Assembly: GCA_036785375.1 (NCBI GenBank)
Contig: JAWMAR010001270.1
Coordinates: 186,001-250,000, forward strand
Reading direction: 5' to 3'
Length of the DNA stretch: 64,000 nt
Origin: Leucoraja ocellata
Taxonomy: Eukaryota
A program made the position numbers and the translations under genes. Positions 34,232 to 49,190 of this stretch are shown here, piece by piece. The stretch's first letter is position 1; each line of letters begins with the position of its first letter. The notes below the pieces were generated by a model, which saw only the letters and a program-made list of their open reading frames with translations, did no database searches and was not told the origin of the DNA.

Positions 34232-37200
34232 ACTGTGAATAATTGCAGGCGGGAATATTGCTACGTTCTGATCATTGCAGCCAAGCTAATGAACTCCCAT
34301 GGTAACAATCGTGGGAGCTGCAGGTCGTTTTCACCTGCATTGAGGCAATGTTTTGGTGTAAATGACCATCATCTAACAAGCATCCAACACTTTCTGAAAG
34401 CAGGGATGAAAGTGCCAGTGTGCATTTGTTGTAAATTTTAAAAATCGTGTTTGTTTATTTTACTTCTGTTCTCAAATATGAATAATTTCGCTGGTGCTTT
34501 GTGAAGAAACTATGGCCACGTCCGTTCGTGATAACATGTCACTTAATGATGTCTGATTAAAAAAAACCGCCGATTATTCAGTTGTGCAACCAATATATTT
34601 TCTCTACATTAAATGCCATGCTTTTTCAATGCACCTGAGCCTTTGTCCTCTCATTTGTTTCGAAATACACTAACGTCAACACAAACCAGAGAAGGAAATC
34701 CGAAGAAACCCATCAACCAATCAAGTGCACCACTAATGAATACACTTGTAATGAAATGGTATTAGTCAGTCATGTGATGATAGCCTGGCGGAGCAAAGCG
34801 CCTCAGTGACGTCAGTGGCATAGCCACCTACAGTGGAACAGAAGATGTAAGTTCTGTCAGGCGCCAGTTCTGCACGGGTGGTTCCATTTGCCCAGACATT
34901 ACTGTTGGTAACTTCATATGTTCCACGTAAAAAGCAAAGCAAATCAGTACGTGCATCAGCATGTAGTGACTGGAAGCACCAGCAGACCTTGGCGGAATGA
35001 GCGCTCGTGTTCTGAGATCCACCACCCCCCCCCCCCCCCCCCCCCACACACACACCCCGTGACACACACACGCACACCCTTCCCTTCTTAGATATACAAC
35101 CGCCGCCTTCTCGACATGACACTTTCACCCATCATCTGCATACACCTATCACTGGATAGGGTTTCTCCCACCCCAGCTATCTTCCAGCTTAATCCACACT
35201 ATTCTGAAGAAGGGTTCTAATCTGACACGTCGTCTGCCCATTCCCTCCACAGATGCTGCATCGCCTGCTGAGTTCCTCCAGCGCTTTGCTGTTTTTCTCA
35301 AGACCCCAGCAATGGCAGTCTCAAATATCTTAATGTGTAGTAACCGTCCATGCAGCTCCCTGCGGACTGTGTTCTGGATGCTGAAACAGTGCGCCCCACT
35401 TGTCACTGTATTCATCCTGTACGTCCCATTATGAAATCAATCAGATAAATAGATGGAAAACTAATGTTATTTAATCAAATACGATTGATTCGTCTTGGAT
35501 GAATTATGATTTTCAACAGATCCTGATAATTCATTACGAAAAAATATATGGTGTCACAAGAGACCGAAGGTGCTGGAATTTTGAACTGCAAGAAATCAGC
35601 AGGCAGGCAAAATCTGTTGAGGCAAATGGAGAGACGACCTCGCGGATTGGATCCCGTCTTCAGACTGACCTTCAGAAATGTATGTCACTTGGTCACTTAC
35701 ATAGGTAGATTTCTGTTTACATTCAATCCATTGTGCTGTATTCAACTAAAGGTGTGAATTAAATCGTCCACACTGGATGGTGATGCAACTTAATAAATAT
35801 CAAGACTGTGCACAAATTGCAAACTGTTTATGATTCTTTCCACTGATGCACCTATGACATAGTGAAATAATGTGAATGCCAGAGTGTGCCACAGGCCATA
35901 TGTATACTCTTGCTCTTGGGATAATGTGGCAATTTATTCGTGTTTGCCTATCCCTTCTCGCTTCTCAATAGCGCGATTTCCCCTTATCTGAAATTATAAT
36001 CTACTGCTCATGTGAATAGTTTAATAACATTAACTCTTGTGAATGAGTTTAACTTGTCATAAGGTCATAAGTGATAGGAATAGAATTAGGCCATTCGTCC
36101 CATCAAGTCTACTCCGCCATTCAATCATGGGTGATCTATCTCTCCTTCCTAACTCCACTCTCCTGTCTTCTCCCATAACCCCTGACACCTGAATTTCCAT
36201 GAACTTGTGCCACCGACTCAAGCAGCGGGCCACATACCTGCAAATCTGGATAATTTATTTCAAAATCAAGTATCCACAAGATTGACCAGGACAATTATCT
36301 GCAAATTCTCTTCGCTAAGTACTATTCCTAATGACCACAGGAAATCGATTTCCCACAGTTTAGTAGCGAAGCATAAACCTCCGCATAAACCTACCAGATC
36401 TCCCATTACTAAACACGTTAACACCCCCATCAGAGTGGGGCTCAGTGCAAATTGGAGGAAGAGCACCGACTATTTCGCTTGGGAAGCTTCCCCTACAGCG
36501 GTATGAATATTGACCTCCAACTTCAAGTAACCCACCTCTCAACCAATACTAATATTGGTGGCCAGTGGGGGGGGGGGGGGGGCTTTCTGGAGCGCTAGTA
36601 TGGTGTTGTAGGCTGAAGGGACTGGTTTCCAGAGGGTTAGTATGGACACAGTGGACCGAATGGATTCTTGGGCTGGCGGCTCAGTCACACATGCCTGTTG
36701 TGCTGGCAGCTCACTCACTCACGGCTGGTGGGCTGGCAGTTGACTCACTGCTATTCCTTGAAATTCCATTTCAAGCAGGGTGCAAGGCCACCAAATTCAA
36801 GTGCAGTTTCATACCATTTCAAACAGGGTGCACGGCCACTAAAGACAGCAGTCGTCACCTCTCCCTCCTACATCTTGCAGAGACTGAGCCACGCCCACAC
36901 TTCTGGGTATTATAGTCCCTCCCACCCCCCTCCCACCAGAAGGGGCGGGGCCTTCATGGCGTAATTAACAGGAGAGAGAATATGAACATTTTTTAAAACA
37001 CTAATAATAACTCTTTTATTTTTCATCGATGGGAAAAATCCTCTGCACCTGATGAGTGGAGGGTTACTCTGAGTGAGATGTCCAAAGATCACAGCCGTAC
37101 GTGGTAGCTTTGTTTCTAAAAGCAATACAAAGCGTAAACGGGAAGTGGTCAAGATTAGACATTTATTATATAGAAGGCAAGGCAACTTTAATTGGGCACG

Positions 37201-40200
37201 GCAACTTTAATTGGGCAAGGCAACTTTAATTAGGCAAGGCAGCTTTAATTAGACAAGGCAACTTTAATTATGCAACTTTAATTAGGCAAGGCAACTTTAA
37301 TTAGGCAACACAGCTTTAGCATTTCCAAACCAAAGGCAGACACAGATTTAGCATTTCCAAACTATATTTTCAAACCACATTAAGGGCACTGACAGGTCAG
37401 TAAAACCACTCACAGTTTAGTAGACATGTGTTCAGTTTTATTTACAGTTCAGATTGAGAGACATCACCCTCTCGCTCCCCCATCTTGCAGAGACTGACTG
37501 AGGCACTAAACACTTCCGGGTTTCATAGTCCCTTCAGGAGAGAGAATCTCAACATTTTTAAAAACACTAATAACTCTTTTATTTTTAATCGATGGGAAAA
37601 ATCATCTTGTCCTGCGCAGCGGATGGGGACTCTAAGTAAGATGGCCAAAAATCACAGCCATCAGTGGCAGCGTTTTTTCTAAAAATCAATATATAGAACA
37701 ACAGGAAGTGGTCAAGATCAGACTTTTAGTAATATAGATATATGTGTGTGTGTAAATGTATGTTTTATATACACACACTAGACTCTTTTCCCGTTTATTG
37801 TATTGCTCACAGTGTACTATGTTTACATATTATGTTGTGCTACTAGAAATAAGATTGTCGTTGTTCTATCTGGGACATATGACAATAAAACGCTCTTGAC
37901 GTGTTTTCTTCTGAGACTGGCCACCTAGCTGAAGTATTGGAAATTACGAGAAGCACGGATAGTGTTTTCGTCGGAACATATGAAAGATAGGAAGGTATTG
38001 CTTTAACATCTAAGGTGTAGAGTTATGCTGGGCCAGGTTTTGACGCAGAAAGTGCCTAGAACGCATTACCAGGGATGCTGGAAGAAGAGAAGACAGCAGT
38101 TTTTAAAGAGTCTTTTCGATAGGCATATAAATATGTACGAAGGAACTGCAGATGCTGGTTTAAACCGAAGATAGACACAAAAAGCTTGAGAACAGCGGGA
38201 CAGACAGCATCTCTGGAGAGATGGAATGGGTGACGTTTCGCGTCGAGACCCTTCTTCAGAAATATTGCAGGCAGAGTGGGATGTGGATCATATGCAGATA
38301 GAGGAGATTAGTTTATCTTCGCATCATGTTCCGCGTAGAGGTACTAGGCCGAGAGACCCATTGCAGTGTTTAACTGTTGTATATTTTATAATCTATTTGC
38401 TTTCGGAGACCTGAGTTCGATTCTCACTACTTCATCTGCGAATTATAAATCTGCTTATTTAAATTAAATTATGTATATGCGTATACGCCGTCCTTGCTCT
38501 GCTCTTTTTTAGATGCCTCTTATTTGTTTCATCAGGACGAAGCGTATGCCCTTCCGAATCAGATATCTTTTAGACTTCTGCTTGTAATTAGCAAACACGA
38601 ATGTGTCCATGCCAGCTTCTGCAACGTTTCTAAAAAAAAGATGCATCGAAACTAAGTTTTTTCCATCGTCTACTGACTAACTAATCATCTACTGACTAAC
38701 TAACTGACCACTGCATTTCTAGCTTGACAAAATAGAAATAACACACAGCATGAAAATAGAACTGTTCTCGCGAGTCTGCTGGCGACGTCATGGAAAGGCT
38801 TGCGGTCGAATGCTGTGCCTATCTGAAACAAACAAGTCACGGACGGCTCGCGTTATCATCTTAAGTGTAGAACAAGAAGTTTAATTTAAGACCATTGCTT
38901 AAAAGTCCACTTCCGTAAATGAAACATCTCTAAGGTTGTACTGTAATCTTCATTATTTCACATGTAGACACAAAATGCTGGAGTAACACAGTGGGACATG
39001 CAGCATCACTGGAGAGAAGGAATGGGTGACGTTTCGGGTTGAAACCCTTCTTTCCTTTATTGTTCTTTCCCTAATTATTTCGTGTTCGTTCTGGGGAAAA
39101 AATAAATACGTGGTAAACTTCATCATGGCAATTAAATGGCTGATTTTTAAATATAACCATATAATATAACTATATAACAAGTACAGCACGGAAACAGGCC
39201 ATCTCGGCCCGTCTAGTCCGTGCCGAACACTTACTCTCACCTAGTCCCATCTACCTGCACTCAGAACATAACCCTCCATTCATTTCCGTCCATATACCTG
39301 TTTCATCATACTTGCCTGGTTGGAGTCCCGGGTATTTAATATGGTTGACGCGTTGTCACTTTTGCTCAGAAGAGCAGAGACGTGTGGTGCCTCTCCGGCA
39401 TAGAGGAGCTGAAATATATCCGTGATGGTTACTGGTCAGACTACCCCTGTGCACTTGACCTATGTGGGTGCGCTTAGTTCGTATTCCATACAACATTTGA
39501 CAAGTTGTGATGATTCTATTGATAATAAGAAGATATCGCCTGTAATTAGAGGCAACTTGCTGGCATTAACTATAAAGTTCATAGACTTTAGGGGCCGCTC
39601 GAATGGATAAGGAGAATGCAGATGGACTGGCAATATCTCGCAATTGATGACCGTCGGAGATATGCATTTAGTGCATTTACATCTTCAGTCTACATCTAAA
39701 TTCCAGTTTTGTTTAATTTAGTTTAGAGATGCAGCGCGAAAACTGGCCCTTCGACCCATCGGGTCCGCGCCGATAAGCGATCAACGCATATTAACACTAT
39801 CCTACCCACGCTAGGGACATTTTTTACATTTACCAAGCCATTTACCTACATGCCTGCACGTCTTTGGAGTGTGGGAAGAAACCGGAGAAAGAAAGCCCAC
39901 GCGGTCACGGGGAGAACGTACAAACCCCGTACAGACAGTCCCCGTAGTCGGGATCGAACCCGGGTCCCCGGCGCTGCAAGTGCTGTTAGGCAGCAACTCT
40001 ACCGCTGCGATCACTTGGAAACAAAGTAGCGGCAAGATAATTACTGGATAATGCTAGATTGCAGGTACTTTGTAATCTGAAATTAATCACGAAATATTGT
40101 GAATTCTAGGCGTCGAGGACAATCTGTGGAGAAAGAGAAACAGTAAATATTTCTATATTATAACAGAAATGATCAACTCGAGACGTTAGTTCTATTTCGC

Positions 40201-40535
40201 AATCTGACCTGTTGCAGGATTCCAGTCAATTCCACCAAACGGGAGAAAACAGTATTTTCTTGTTAATAGCAATCCAACACATCTTGTCGAAAGGAGAATA
40301 AAAACGCAATCTAACCAATTATTCCCATCGGGCATTGTTAATAATATTTGGAAAACGCATCTGCGATGAGGTCATCAACAATGTAAGGGTCTAACGTTAT
40401 GGAAAACAAAATTATGTTGCTCAAAGCTTTCCGCGCCTCCTGTTTACTAAATTAATCTAATTTAATGAAACTTTAAAAATATAGGAGCCATCTTGGAACC
40501 ATTTAATCGAAGTTAAATTAATAATGCAAACATGA

Positions 40536-41224
40536 TTGAAGGTAGGCATGCAGGTGCAGCAGGCAGTAAAGAAAGCGAATGGTATGTTGGCTTTCGTAGC
40601 AAAAGGATTTGAGTATAGGAGCAGGAAGGTTCTACTGCAGTTGTACCGGGTCTTGGTGAGACCACACCTGGAGTATTGCGTACAGTTTTGGTCTCCAAAT
40701 CTGAGGAAGGACATTATTGTCATAGAGGGAGTGCAGAGAAGGTTCACCAGACTGATTCCTGGGATGTCAGGACTGTCTTATGAAGAAAGACTGGATAGAC
40801 TTGGTTTATACTCTCTAGAATTTAGGAGATTGAGAGGGGATCTTATAGAAACTTACAAAATTCTTAAGGGGTTGGACAGGCTAGATGCAGGAAGCTTGTT
40901 CCCGATGTTGGGGAAGTCCAGGACAAGGGGTCACAGCTTAAGGATAAGGGGGAAATCCTTTAAAACCGAGATGAGGAGAACTTTTTTCACACAGAGAGTG
41001 GTGAATCTCTGGTACTCTCTGCCACAGATGGTAGTTGAGGCCAGTTCATTGGCTATATTTAAGAGGGAGTTAGATGTGGCCCTTGTGGCCAAGGGGATCA
41101 GAGGGTATGGGGAGAAGGCAGGTACGGGATACTGAGTTGGATGATCAGCCATGATCATATTGAATGGCGGTGCAGGCTCGAAGGGCCGAATGGCACCTAA
41201 TTTCTATGTTTCTATGTTTCTATG
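40536..41224 (+). mobile_element. CR1 LINE 3' fragment
   Basis: 199-aa open CR1 ORF2 C-terminus and (TTTCTATG)n tail. Confidence 0.92.
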
Positions 41225-42926
41225 ATCTTTTTCAGTATTCAGAACTGCCGCTGGTTTCTTTACACTGCTGTCTTCACTAAAAAAGAGACAACGTGCCGCT
41301 TTAAATCTGAGTCCAGTCTTCATTATCTTCAAGACCAGCATCACAAACCGCAATGTTCTTGTTGCAGCTCTTTGTTTGAACGGTTAATGTAGACAGACTT
41401 AAAACCCGAAATTACGCAATCTTTACATGGAAGTTCAAATAGAAGCCATTTACAGAAGCAGTTTTTTTAGCAATAGTTTAGAGATACAGCGCGGAAACAG
41501 GCCCTTCGAGTCCGCGCCGACCAGCGATCACCCCGTACATTAGCACTATCCTGCACGCTAGGGACAATTTACAATCTTTACCGAAGCCAATCTTTACCGA
41601 AACATGTACGTCTTTGGAATGTGGGCGGAAACAGGAGCGCCCAGAGAAAACCCAAGGCAGTCACGGGACGAACGTACAAACTCCATACAGACAGCACCCG
41701 CAGTCGGGATCGAACCCAGGTCTCTGGCGCTGTAAGTGCAGCAACTCTACTACTGCGATACGGTCCTGACCGATTTCAGTAATTTAAAAAATATCCAGAG
41801 AATTACTGTGTATATTTGGAATATTATGTCCTCCCATTGAACGGCACAAGGTCTCTAAGTGAGGCGCATCAAACATTTAAATTACACGAAAATTACTTAA
41901 CCATTTGGTCTACAACAGGTTTCTGCTCGTGCAATTTAATGTGTGTTCTGAAGCCAAAAATCATTGATTTGTGCAGAGGAATGTGAGTATAACCACGATA
42001 CGGGGAAAACATAAAGAGTTCAAACCGCCTCGCTCACCACGCTGGCTTCTTGCCTGTAGTCCAAACTTTAAGTAATCCTTCATTTCTACGATTTTTAAAA
42101 CAATACATTGGAGGAAATTATAAGATTAACAGTTTGGTTTAAATCTCCCTGATTTATATTGGCCCATTCGATTAATTTACAGCCCCTATTCTCCTGTATT
42201 GTGTGGATGTCAACAGCATAAGTTGATTGCTCTACTGGGCATTATCGGAAGAAAAAACATAGATTTCATTCATACGTTAGCTGTCGCGGCTTGGCGCCAA
42301 TCTTCTGCTGGACTCCCCATAGAATATTGCTGCAATGGTGTTTATGAAAATAGTAGAAATATTAGTTAACAAAAACCAGCATGGAGATTTGGTTTTGTAG
42401 GAATAGCAACCGGAGTTAGTGTTAAAAACGTCAGATGGAAACATAATCAATAGAAAGCTGCGGATGGCGATGGTGAGGGCTGAACAGGAAGAAACGAAAA
42501 GGGTGATTGTTGTTTGAATGCATATAATAGAAAGAGCGAAAGAGCACAACACAAATTGGGAAGGGGGGGGGGGGAGATTCAAGGGAAGGTGGGTGTCTAC
42601 GTTTGTGCATCTAAATATTCACATGCACTCCTTACCTTCTACGCGGAAACGATTTGTGACAATTAACTGAGTAGGCAGCTGATGCATATTTAATTCCGAG
42701 TAAAAATCTGGATGCTACGGGAGGAAGTTGTGAACATGATTCAGGAAGTATTGGAAGGCTTTGTTACAATGGGAATGGGCCGAACTATGACCTCTTCCGC
42801 CGCACGAGCCACAGTCGTGGGATATATTACGTCACGGTCACGTTTCATATATTTACTCATAATTTCCTTTTCCGCAGAGCAAGTTTTGAGTAAACTAACA
42901 ACAAGTTGGCAATTTATTCTTGTAAT

Positions 42927-45900
42927 ATGTCGGTGAAAGTTAGAGTTTGGTCCATGGCTCTTCTGGTCATACTAACGCAGGGTATAGTTAAAATGTGTGC
43001 CATTTCTGGTCTAAGTATTATTTTACGAAAATTCGGACCTGGTTTCGAGCTATTAGGTTCATCTATTAGGCCCTCGTGGGTTTATAGTTGTTTCGTGCTT
43101 TTCGACAGTTGGTTCCTGTATTCTCTGTCCAGTGTTTACAACTGTTTCAATTGTTCTTGCTTGTGTCCCGACAGCTACCGAAGTCTATCCGACCCGAGTG
43201 TCCCAATTCCCTGTCAACTTGGACGTTGGCGGCGGTGAACATGCTATCATGTATTGCAAATTTCCAATATCGAAAGGCAATATTAGCGTTAATTGGTGGA
43301 GGGGCGGCATGAAGACATTCCTTGAACCGGACAATAGAAAACAATTTACCATAGATTCTGGAAGCGGAACATTTACTCTCCAACATGTGCGTGTCGCTGA
43401 CTCCGGCCTGTATTACTGTCAAGTAAAGTTCCAGCAGCAGGTTATCGGAAATGGAAGTGGCAGCCTGATCACCGTATTTGGTGAGTGTGTGTGTTAGGGA
43501 AATAAGCAAGTTTCAGTTCTATGTCATTTGTAAAGTCTAGTCGCGAGGATAATATGAAAAATCGCCTGTTGATAAATATCCAGTAATAACAATTTTAAAT
43601 TACAGGGACCAGTAATTCAAAATAAAACAAAGCACAATGGACATAACCAGCAGGTCGAGTAGCACTTGTGGGACGCGTGGGTATTGATGGTTATTCTGTT
43701 CATTGTACGATACTTTGCGAGACTCCTTTTCATTGCCGTTATGAATTGGCGCAGCCCATTCATTTAGCGGTCCTGAATTTTAAGCCAATCTCCCAGATGG
43801 ATTTATCGCTAAGAACGGGTAAATGCTGATATGGAAGGAATTCATTCTGAGGTGTGGTTAGAAATGTTTTGCAATGAGATATTGAAATAATATTCCTGTT
43901 AGTTTGAGTGGCTGGAGTGTGATGTCCAGTTTTCTCATCACTAAGAAAAGAGAGTAGGAGCAATTTTAATACGTCGATGGTAGAGTCTGTCATGCCTCTA
44001 TTCTACCTCGACAGCTTTAGAACCTCATAGTGCTGCTGCAACCCAAGGACCTTGGTCTTTCAACATGTGGGACTCATCGCTGCGGATTCCAAGCTGACTT
44101 CAATGAAATCTTTTTTCTTTTTTTTGAAATCGCTTGATACTAATTTTGTCAGGCATAACCTCAGTCTATTCAACCAATGTGGCACCGTACGGGGGAAAAA
44201 AGAAGTAAACAACATCTCAAATGAAATTATTTAAAGTCCGGGAATAAACAGTAACATTTATTTCATCATTAAAGATTATCCTGATTAAGTGAATTAAGTC
44301 AAGCTTTCTAAAGATTTGTAATAAACGGACAAAGCAACCCAACAACCAACTCCCCGTCCAGTTAGACACCGGCTGCAGCTCGTACGGAAGGAGTTCGCGT
44401 TAATAAATGCCAAATATAGGGCCCTTTACGTGCAGACCTAAATGAGTAGAATCTGCACAGCGAGAAACAGAGCTTGTTATTTTCCATCGTTTGGCTTCTG
44501 CAAGCTATCATCATTAACGCCGATCTAACGTTGTCGATTCACTGTCGCCAAGTTGGCACAACAGATGGAACTGATTTGTATAGAGACACAAAATGCTGGA
44601 GTAACTCAGCGGGGCAGGCAGCATCTCTGGGTAGAAGGATGAGTGACGTTTGGGGTCGATACCCTTCTTCAAACCTCGATCCGAAACGTCACCCATTCCT
44701 TCTCCGAAGAGATGTTGCCTGTCCCGCTGAGTTACTCCAACATATATTCGGTTTAAACCAGTATCTGCAGTTCTTTCCTACATACTGATATTGAATAAGT
44801 GCGCTCGTAAATTACTTGTAATAGAAACCACGGTGTTTCACTATAAGCATTCAATGCGCGAGAAAGGTGTTCCAGCACTTGGTTCACATGCAGGTAAATG
44901 GTTGTGATCGGCATGTCAAACCCATATCTGGTTCTGGTTCTGGTTGATTACTGCGCAAACACGTGATAAGTGGTTATCTCCCGCATGTCCGAGTGAGTAG
45001 AGTAGAGTAGTGATTAAATGTTGAAGTGGGTCTTTTTGACCAGGGTGAGAAGATTTAATCCATATACTACTTAAAGTGCTAACGGGATTCATCATTAATC
45101 TTCATGTATAACCGCTTCCTGTCACCACACTATACGAATCTGTTATATTTCGATTATGATGGCTCCATTTCTTTTGCAACATATGAATGATCTGAACATG
45201 GCCACTTTTAAATAATCACGGCAGGCCTCTGGTAAAAACTTTCGCGCGATACCGGGGAACGTCCATTCACAACAGAGTTTATTTTGGAACTCCTTAAATT
45301 CTGTTGGAACTCCTTAAATTCATCCTCTTTGTATCTTGGCGGAGTTCGCCCGGTTGTCCGCTAGGAAAGGGAGTATAAATGAACGACAAACTGGGAAGTT
45401 TAAATATTAAATAATTTGGTCTTGACAAATACGACTCGGTGGCGAGATAAAATGTAAATATTTGCAATGAAATGGAAAGCGAACACCGATATTTTTTTTC
45501 CTTTGCTTAAGATCCCCCAACTCCCTTGACAATTGTTCCTGCTGAAGGACTTGGATCTCCACGGAAACTTGTGTGCAAAACTGACGCCTTTTATCCGGAG
45601 AAATTAGAAATAATCTGGCTAAGAAATAACGTGGAAATTCGCACTGGAATCGAAACTGTGAAAAATCAGAGCGAAGAAGGATTGTTTGTGGCTTCTAGTT
45701 TTTTGGAAATAACGCAGCCTGGGGAGGGCAAAGATATTTACACCTGTCTGGTATCACATGTCTCCCTGAAGGTGGCGGCCAGTTTCAGTTATACCCTGGG
45801 CCAAGGTAAGACTGGAGTCAGTTACACATGATATTGGGGCGGTAGATCAAATTCGATCAGATTAATAACTGGACAGCTTTCCGTACAAAGGTAAGGGTAA

Positions 45901-48648
45901 ATGTGGCTCGCATTTATTTGCATGAAAGCAACACTTGCATGCTGTTTAAAATTAATTGTACTTCATCAGTTCTTGTAAGGAAATCCGTGTGAGATGAATT
46001 GACAAACTGAATTGATATAATGATTGTAATGAGCAAAAACGTCCTGGGATATGCATATATCTACTGTCTGGTGAAATATATGAAGATAAAGCCTAAATTC
46101 CGTTTAACGTCAGTAAGCAGCTCTCCACACATGGGCACAATACAACGGCAATTGCTTGTCCTGTGGATTCCATTACTAACTTCCATCTGGTGCCTCGTGG
46201 TATACCTTCCAAACTTTCCGATGTGGGTATTAAAATGCACCTACGAAATGATTTGCCTTGTTGACTTCCGTTTGTATATTTGTTCTGAAATGTATAAATT
46301 CTTTACAGTTTCTAAAATGTATGCTACTCGACCGGGAATTGATCGCAAACAGATTGTCGTATATGCAGTAGGTGAATCAGTAATTTTAATTCTGATTATA
46401 ATCGTGATAGGACTCACCTTAAAGATATGGCACGGTAAGAATCTTGATAATAATCATACAATAATAATTTCTATGGTTAAAACGAGAATGGATATGTCAA
46501 TGGTGTTTGCTCACAGAGGAGAACCGGGGTACTGATTGTGGATGATCAGCCATGATCACATTGAATGGCGGTGCTGGCTCGAAGGGCCGAATGGCCTACT
46601 CCTGCACCTATTGTCTATTTTCTATTGTCAGTCAAACACTGAATCTGAATAGAAAATTATTTCATCTGCCTCACACCACCCTGGCATCACATATAACCCT
46701 TAAAGGTTCCTTCCAGTTTCAACTATTTGGTCAAACAAGGAAATGCAGGAAGCATTTTAAACGAGTTCTACATCAGATTAGAAATACAGCTGCGTAGTTG
46801 TTCAAACACGAGAGATAGACGTGTGAATTGTATTATTTATGATGAAAGACCAACGTGCAAGCAGCTCAAAAACTAATACGTCATTCAATGCATCCCGACT
46901 GAGATGAATTACCAACTTTAATTTATGTGCGGCTTATTTCATGGTAAACAATCGTGAGTATACAGGACTGCGCGGCCAGATTCGGCTCAATATCCATCTA
47001 CAAATTTGTAGACGACACCACGGTTGTGAGCATGATCGCAGACAGTGGCATGTGCGTGTGTCCCTAGTTCTCGAATTCACTCTTAACCCCCTCTTTTACA
47101 TTACCCATTGCTAAAATACGTCCTTACATCTTCACGGTATCTGCACGCATGTCCTATTATGTGGATCGATGACAAATTATACTGTTTAATGGCTCTGCGT
47201 TTTTTTTAAACTGATGTCTATTGCCTAGTGTAACAATATGAAAAAAATAAATCTCTTCTTAACCTTAATCAATTATCCCCTACAGAAAGAGCTACTTTGT
47301 AAAGTGACGCGTTTGCTTGATAATTAAAACATTAACCCATAATTGTTGCAATATGTATTTCCTACAATATTTTTTGGTGGGTTGGAACGTTACTTTTCAA
47401 TGCTCTGCCGTATTAGCTTCTACTCCCTGTATAATTAATATGTCTTACGGTTTCTTATTTTTCAGCTAATCCAGAAAGTACCTATAAAAGACTGATTCTC
47501 ACATGTGCAGTGGGCGGTTTGGTAATTTTACTTTCGATTATAATTTTGATCAGATTAACATGGACGGCACAACATGGTAAGAACCTTGGATTGTTCAGTT
47601 ATTTCAATTGTATTTCTAGAAAAGAGAAAATATGCGTTTTTATTCGGAATTAAACAGAACGTCCATAGTATTTATCTATTTTACAGTTGGCTATACCAAT
47701 GTAAACTGCGCCTTAAAATGCAATGATTTCACCTTTCCATTCGAAGTATTCACTCCTCCCCTGAACCAATGCATTTTGAACACCTGTGTTTATTCACCGA
47801 AATGTATCCCTCGTGAAAAACCGATAGGAAACTGAGTGTCCGAGAGCAAAGTAACCAATTTCAATCTGTCCAAAAGGCCATGCCGGCTAACTGCAACAAC
47901 CTGTGATCCGACTGACAAATGAAAGTTTATCACTAAATTCAGAATGGGAATTTACACCATGGCCTTGACAGATGAAACTGGTTGCCAGCGATCAAACAAA
48001 AATACATCAAAACGGCTCTGTGCAATATTAGTACTTCACATGGATAGTATCCTATGTGTTTAAGAATTTAACGAATCTCTTAATCTGGCCTTCAATGTCG
48101 CCTGTTTGACGTTTGTTCCTTCTCCTTATGACCCCGTGGATTTATTCCGGGTGTTCCTGTTTTCTAGCACATCTCAAAGATGTGTGGAATGGCGGGTTAA
48201 TTATCCCATGTAAAATGCTCATCTGGTAGAGGACTGCTAAAGTTTGGGGGCGCAGGGGAGGTTAATGACAATATGAAGAGAATAAAGTAGAATTTGGGTT
48301 AATGGGAGTTTGACGGTCGGCGCAGACTTGGATCCGCGTAACTACGACATAGTTCTGTGGACCAAGATCGGCTCATGTGAAAATCGAGAAAAATATTGAT
48401 ATAAAATCCATATAACCTTTCTGCAAACTAAAATGTATAATTGTTGAGTACCTTAGAATGTTATTGGAAATAAAAACGATTGTTTTCCCGAGTCAATGAA
48501 CGATGGACTAACGGCCGATATGGAATTACTTCCACAGACTAAAGGAGGGGGAGCCAACAAGCTGTTCCGCATCTTCCCAACTAATAACACATCAACAATT
48601 AAGCAAAACGGCAAACACGCAAAGGTTTCAAAGAAAGCGAGAAGTTGA
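42927..48648 (+). CDS. IgSF receptor gene 3 (leader-VJ-C1-TM-a/TM-b-tail-b), spliced
   Basis: Leader 42927-42981, V 43175-43480, C1 45512-45805, TM-a 46309-46434, TM-b 47466-47576, tail-b 48538-48648. Confidence 0.8.
43175..43480 (+). CDS. Gene 3 VJ-type V exon
   Basis: Differs from the gene 2 V domain at one amino acid; splice sites intact. Confidence 0.92.
45512..45805 (+). CDS. Gene 3 C1-set exon
   Basis: C1 motifs and splice sites intact. Confidence 0.92.
46309..46434 (+). CDS. Gene 3 TM-a exon (shifted acceptor, Gly->Glu in the TM segment)
   Basis: YAVGESVILILIIIVIGLTLK; donor G|GTAAG. Confidence 0.5.
47466..47576 (+). CDS. Gene 3 TM-b exon
   Basis: Encodes NPESTYKRLILTCAVGGLVILLSIIILIRLTWTAQH; AG and GT intact. 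Confidence 0.8.
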
Positions 48649-49190
48649 GAAACAAAATACACTTCGTTTCTGTGGACTATAAGGAATTACGGGTTTGAAG
48701 TATTGTTCCTTTGTACCTACTGCATGCAGTCAAAACAACGATGGAGGTCACAGATACAGGAGAGGATAGTGAAACGTTCGTTTTCACATTAGGCATTATG
48801 ATAAACTGCAGAAATTGTCGCTGAATATGTCAATTTACCGAGTGTTCAATGTCGAAAGCGATAGCAGTTTAAAGCGGATAGCAAAACTAAACACCTGCGC
48901 TAGTTTATTTAGGATGCTTTCAAACAACCTTACAGATGGCGAGAGTTCACGAACATTTCGCAACTCATTTCAAACCAAATGCCAATTAATTACATTTTAA
49001 AATGAAATAACGTTCCATTCATTAAATCACTTGCTTTTGCAAATCAAGCCATGGTTTATAGTTCATCAGCTGTTATGAAATACGACTGCGTGGAGACAAA
49101 CTACAGAAGGAACTTTGTCGCTGAACCGACAGAAGGCACATTGAAAGTCAGAGCATTCAATACAGACGTTGGGAGGCCATGGTACAGTAG

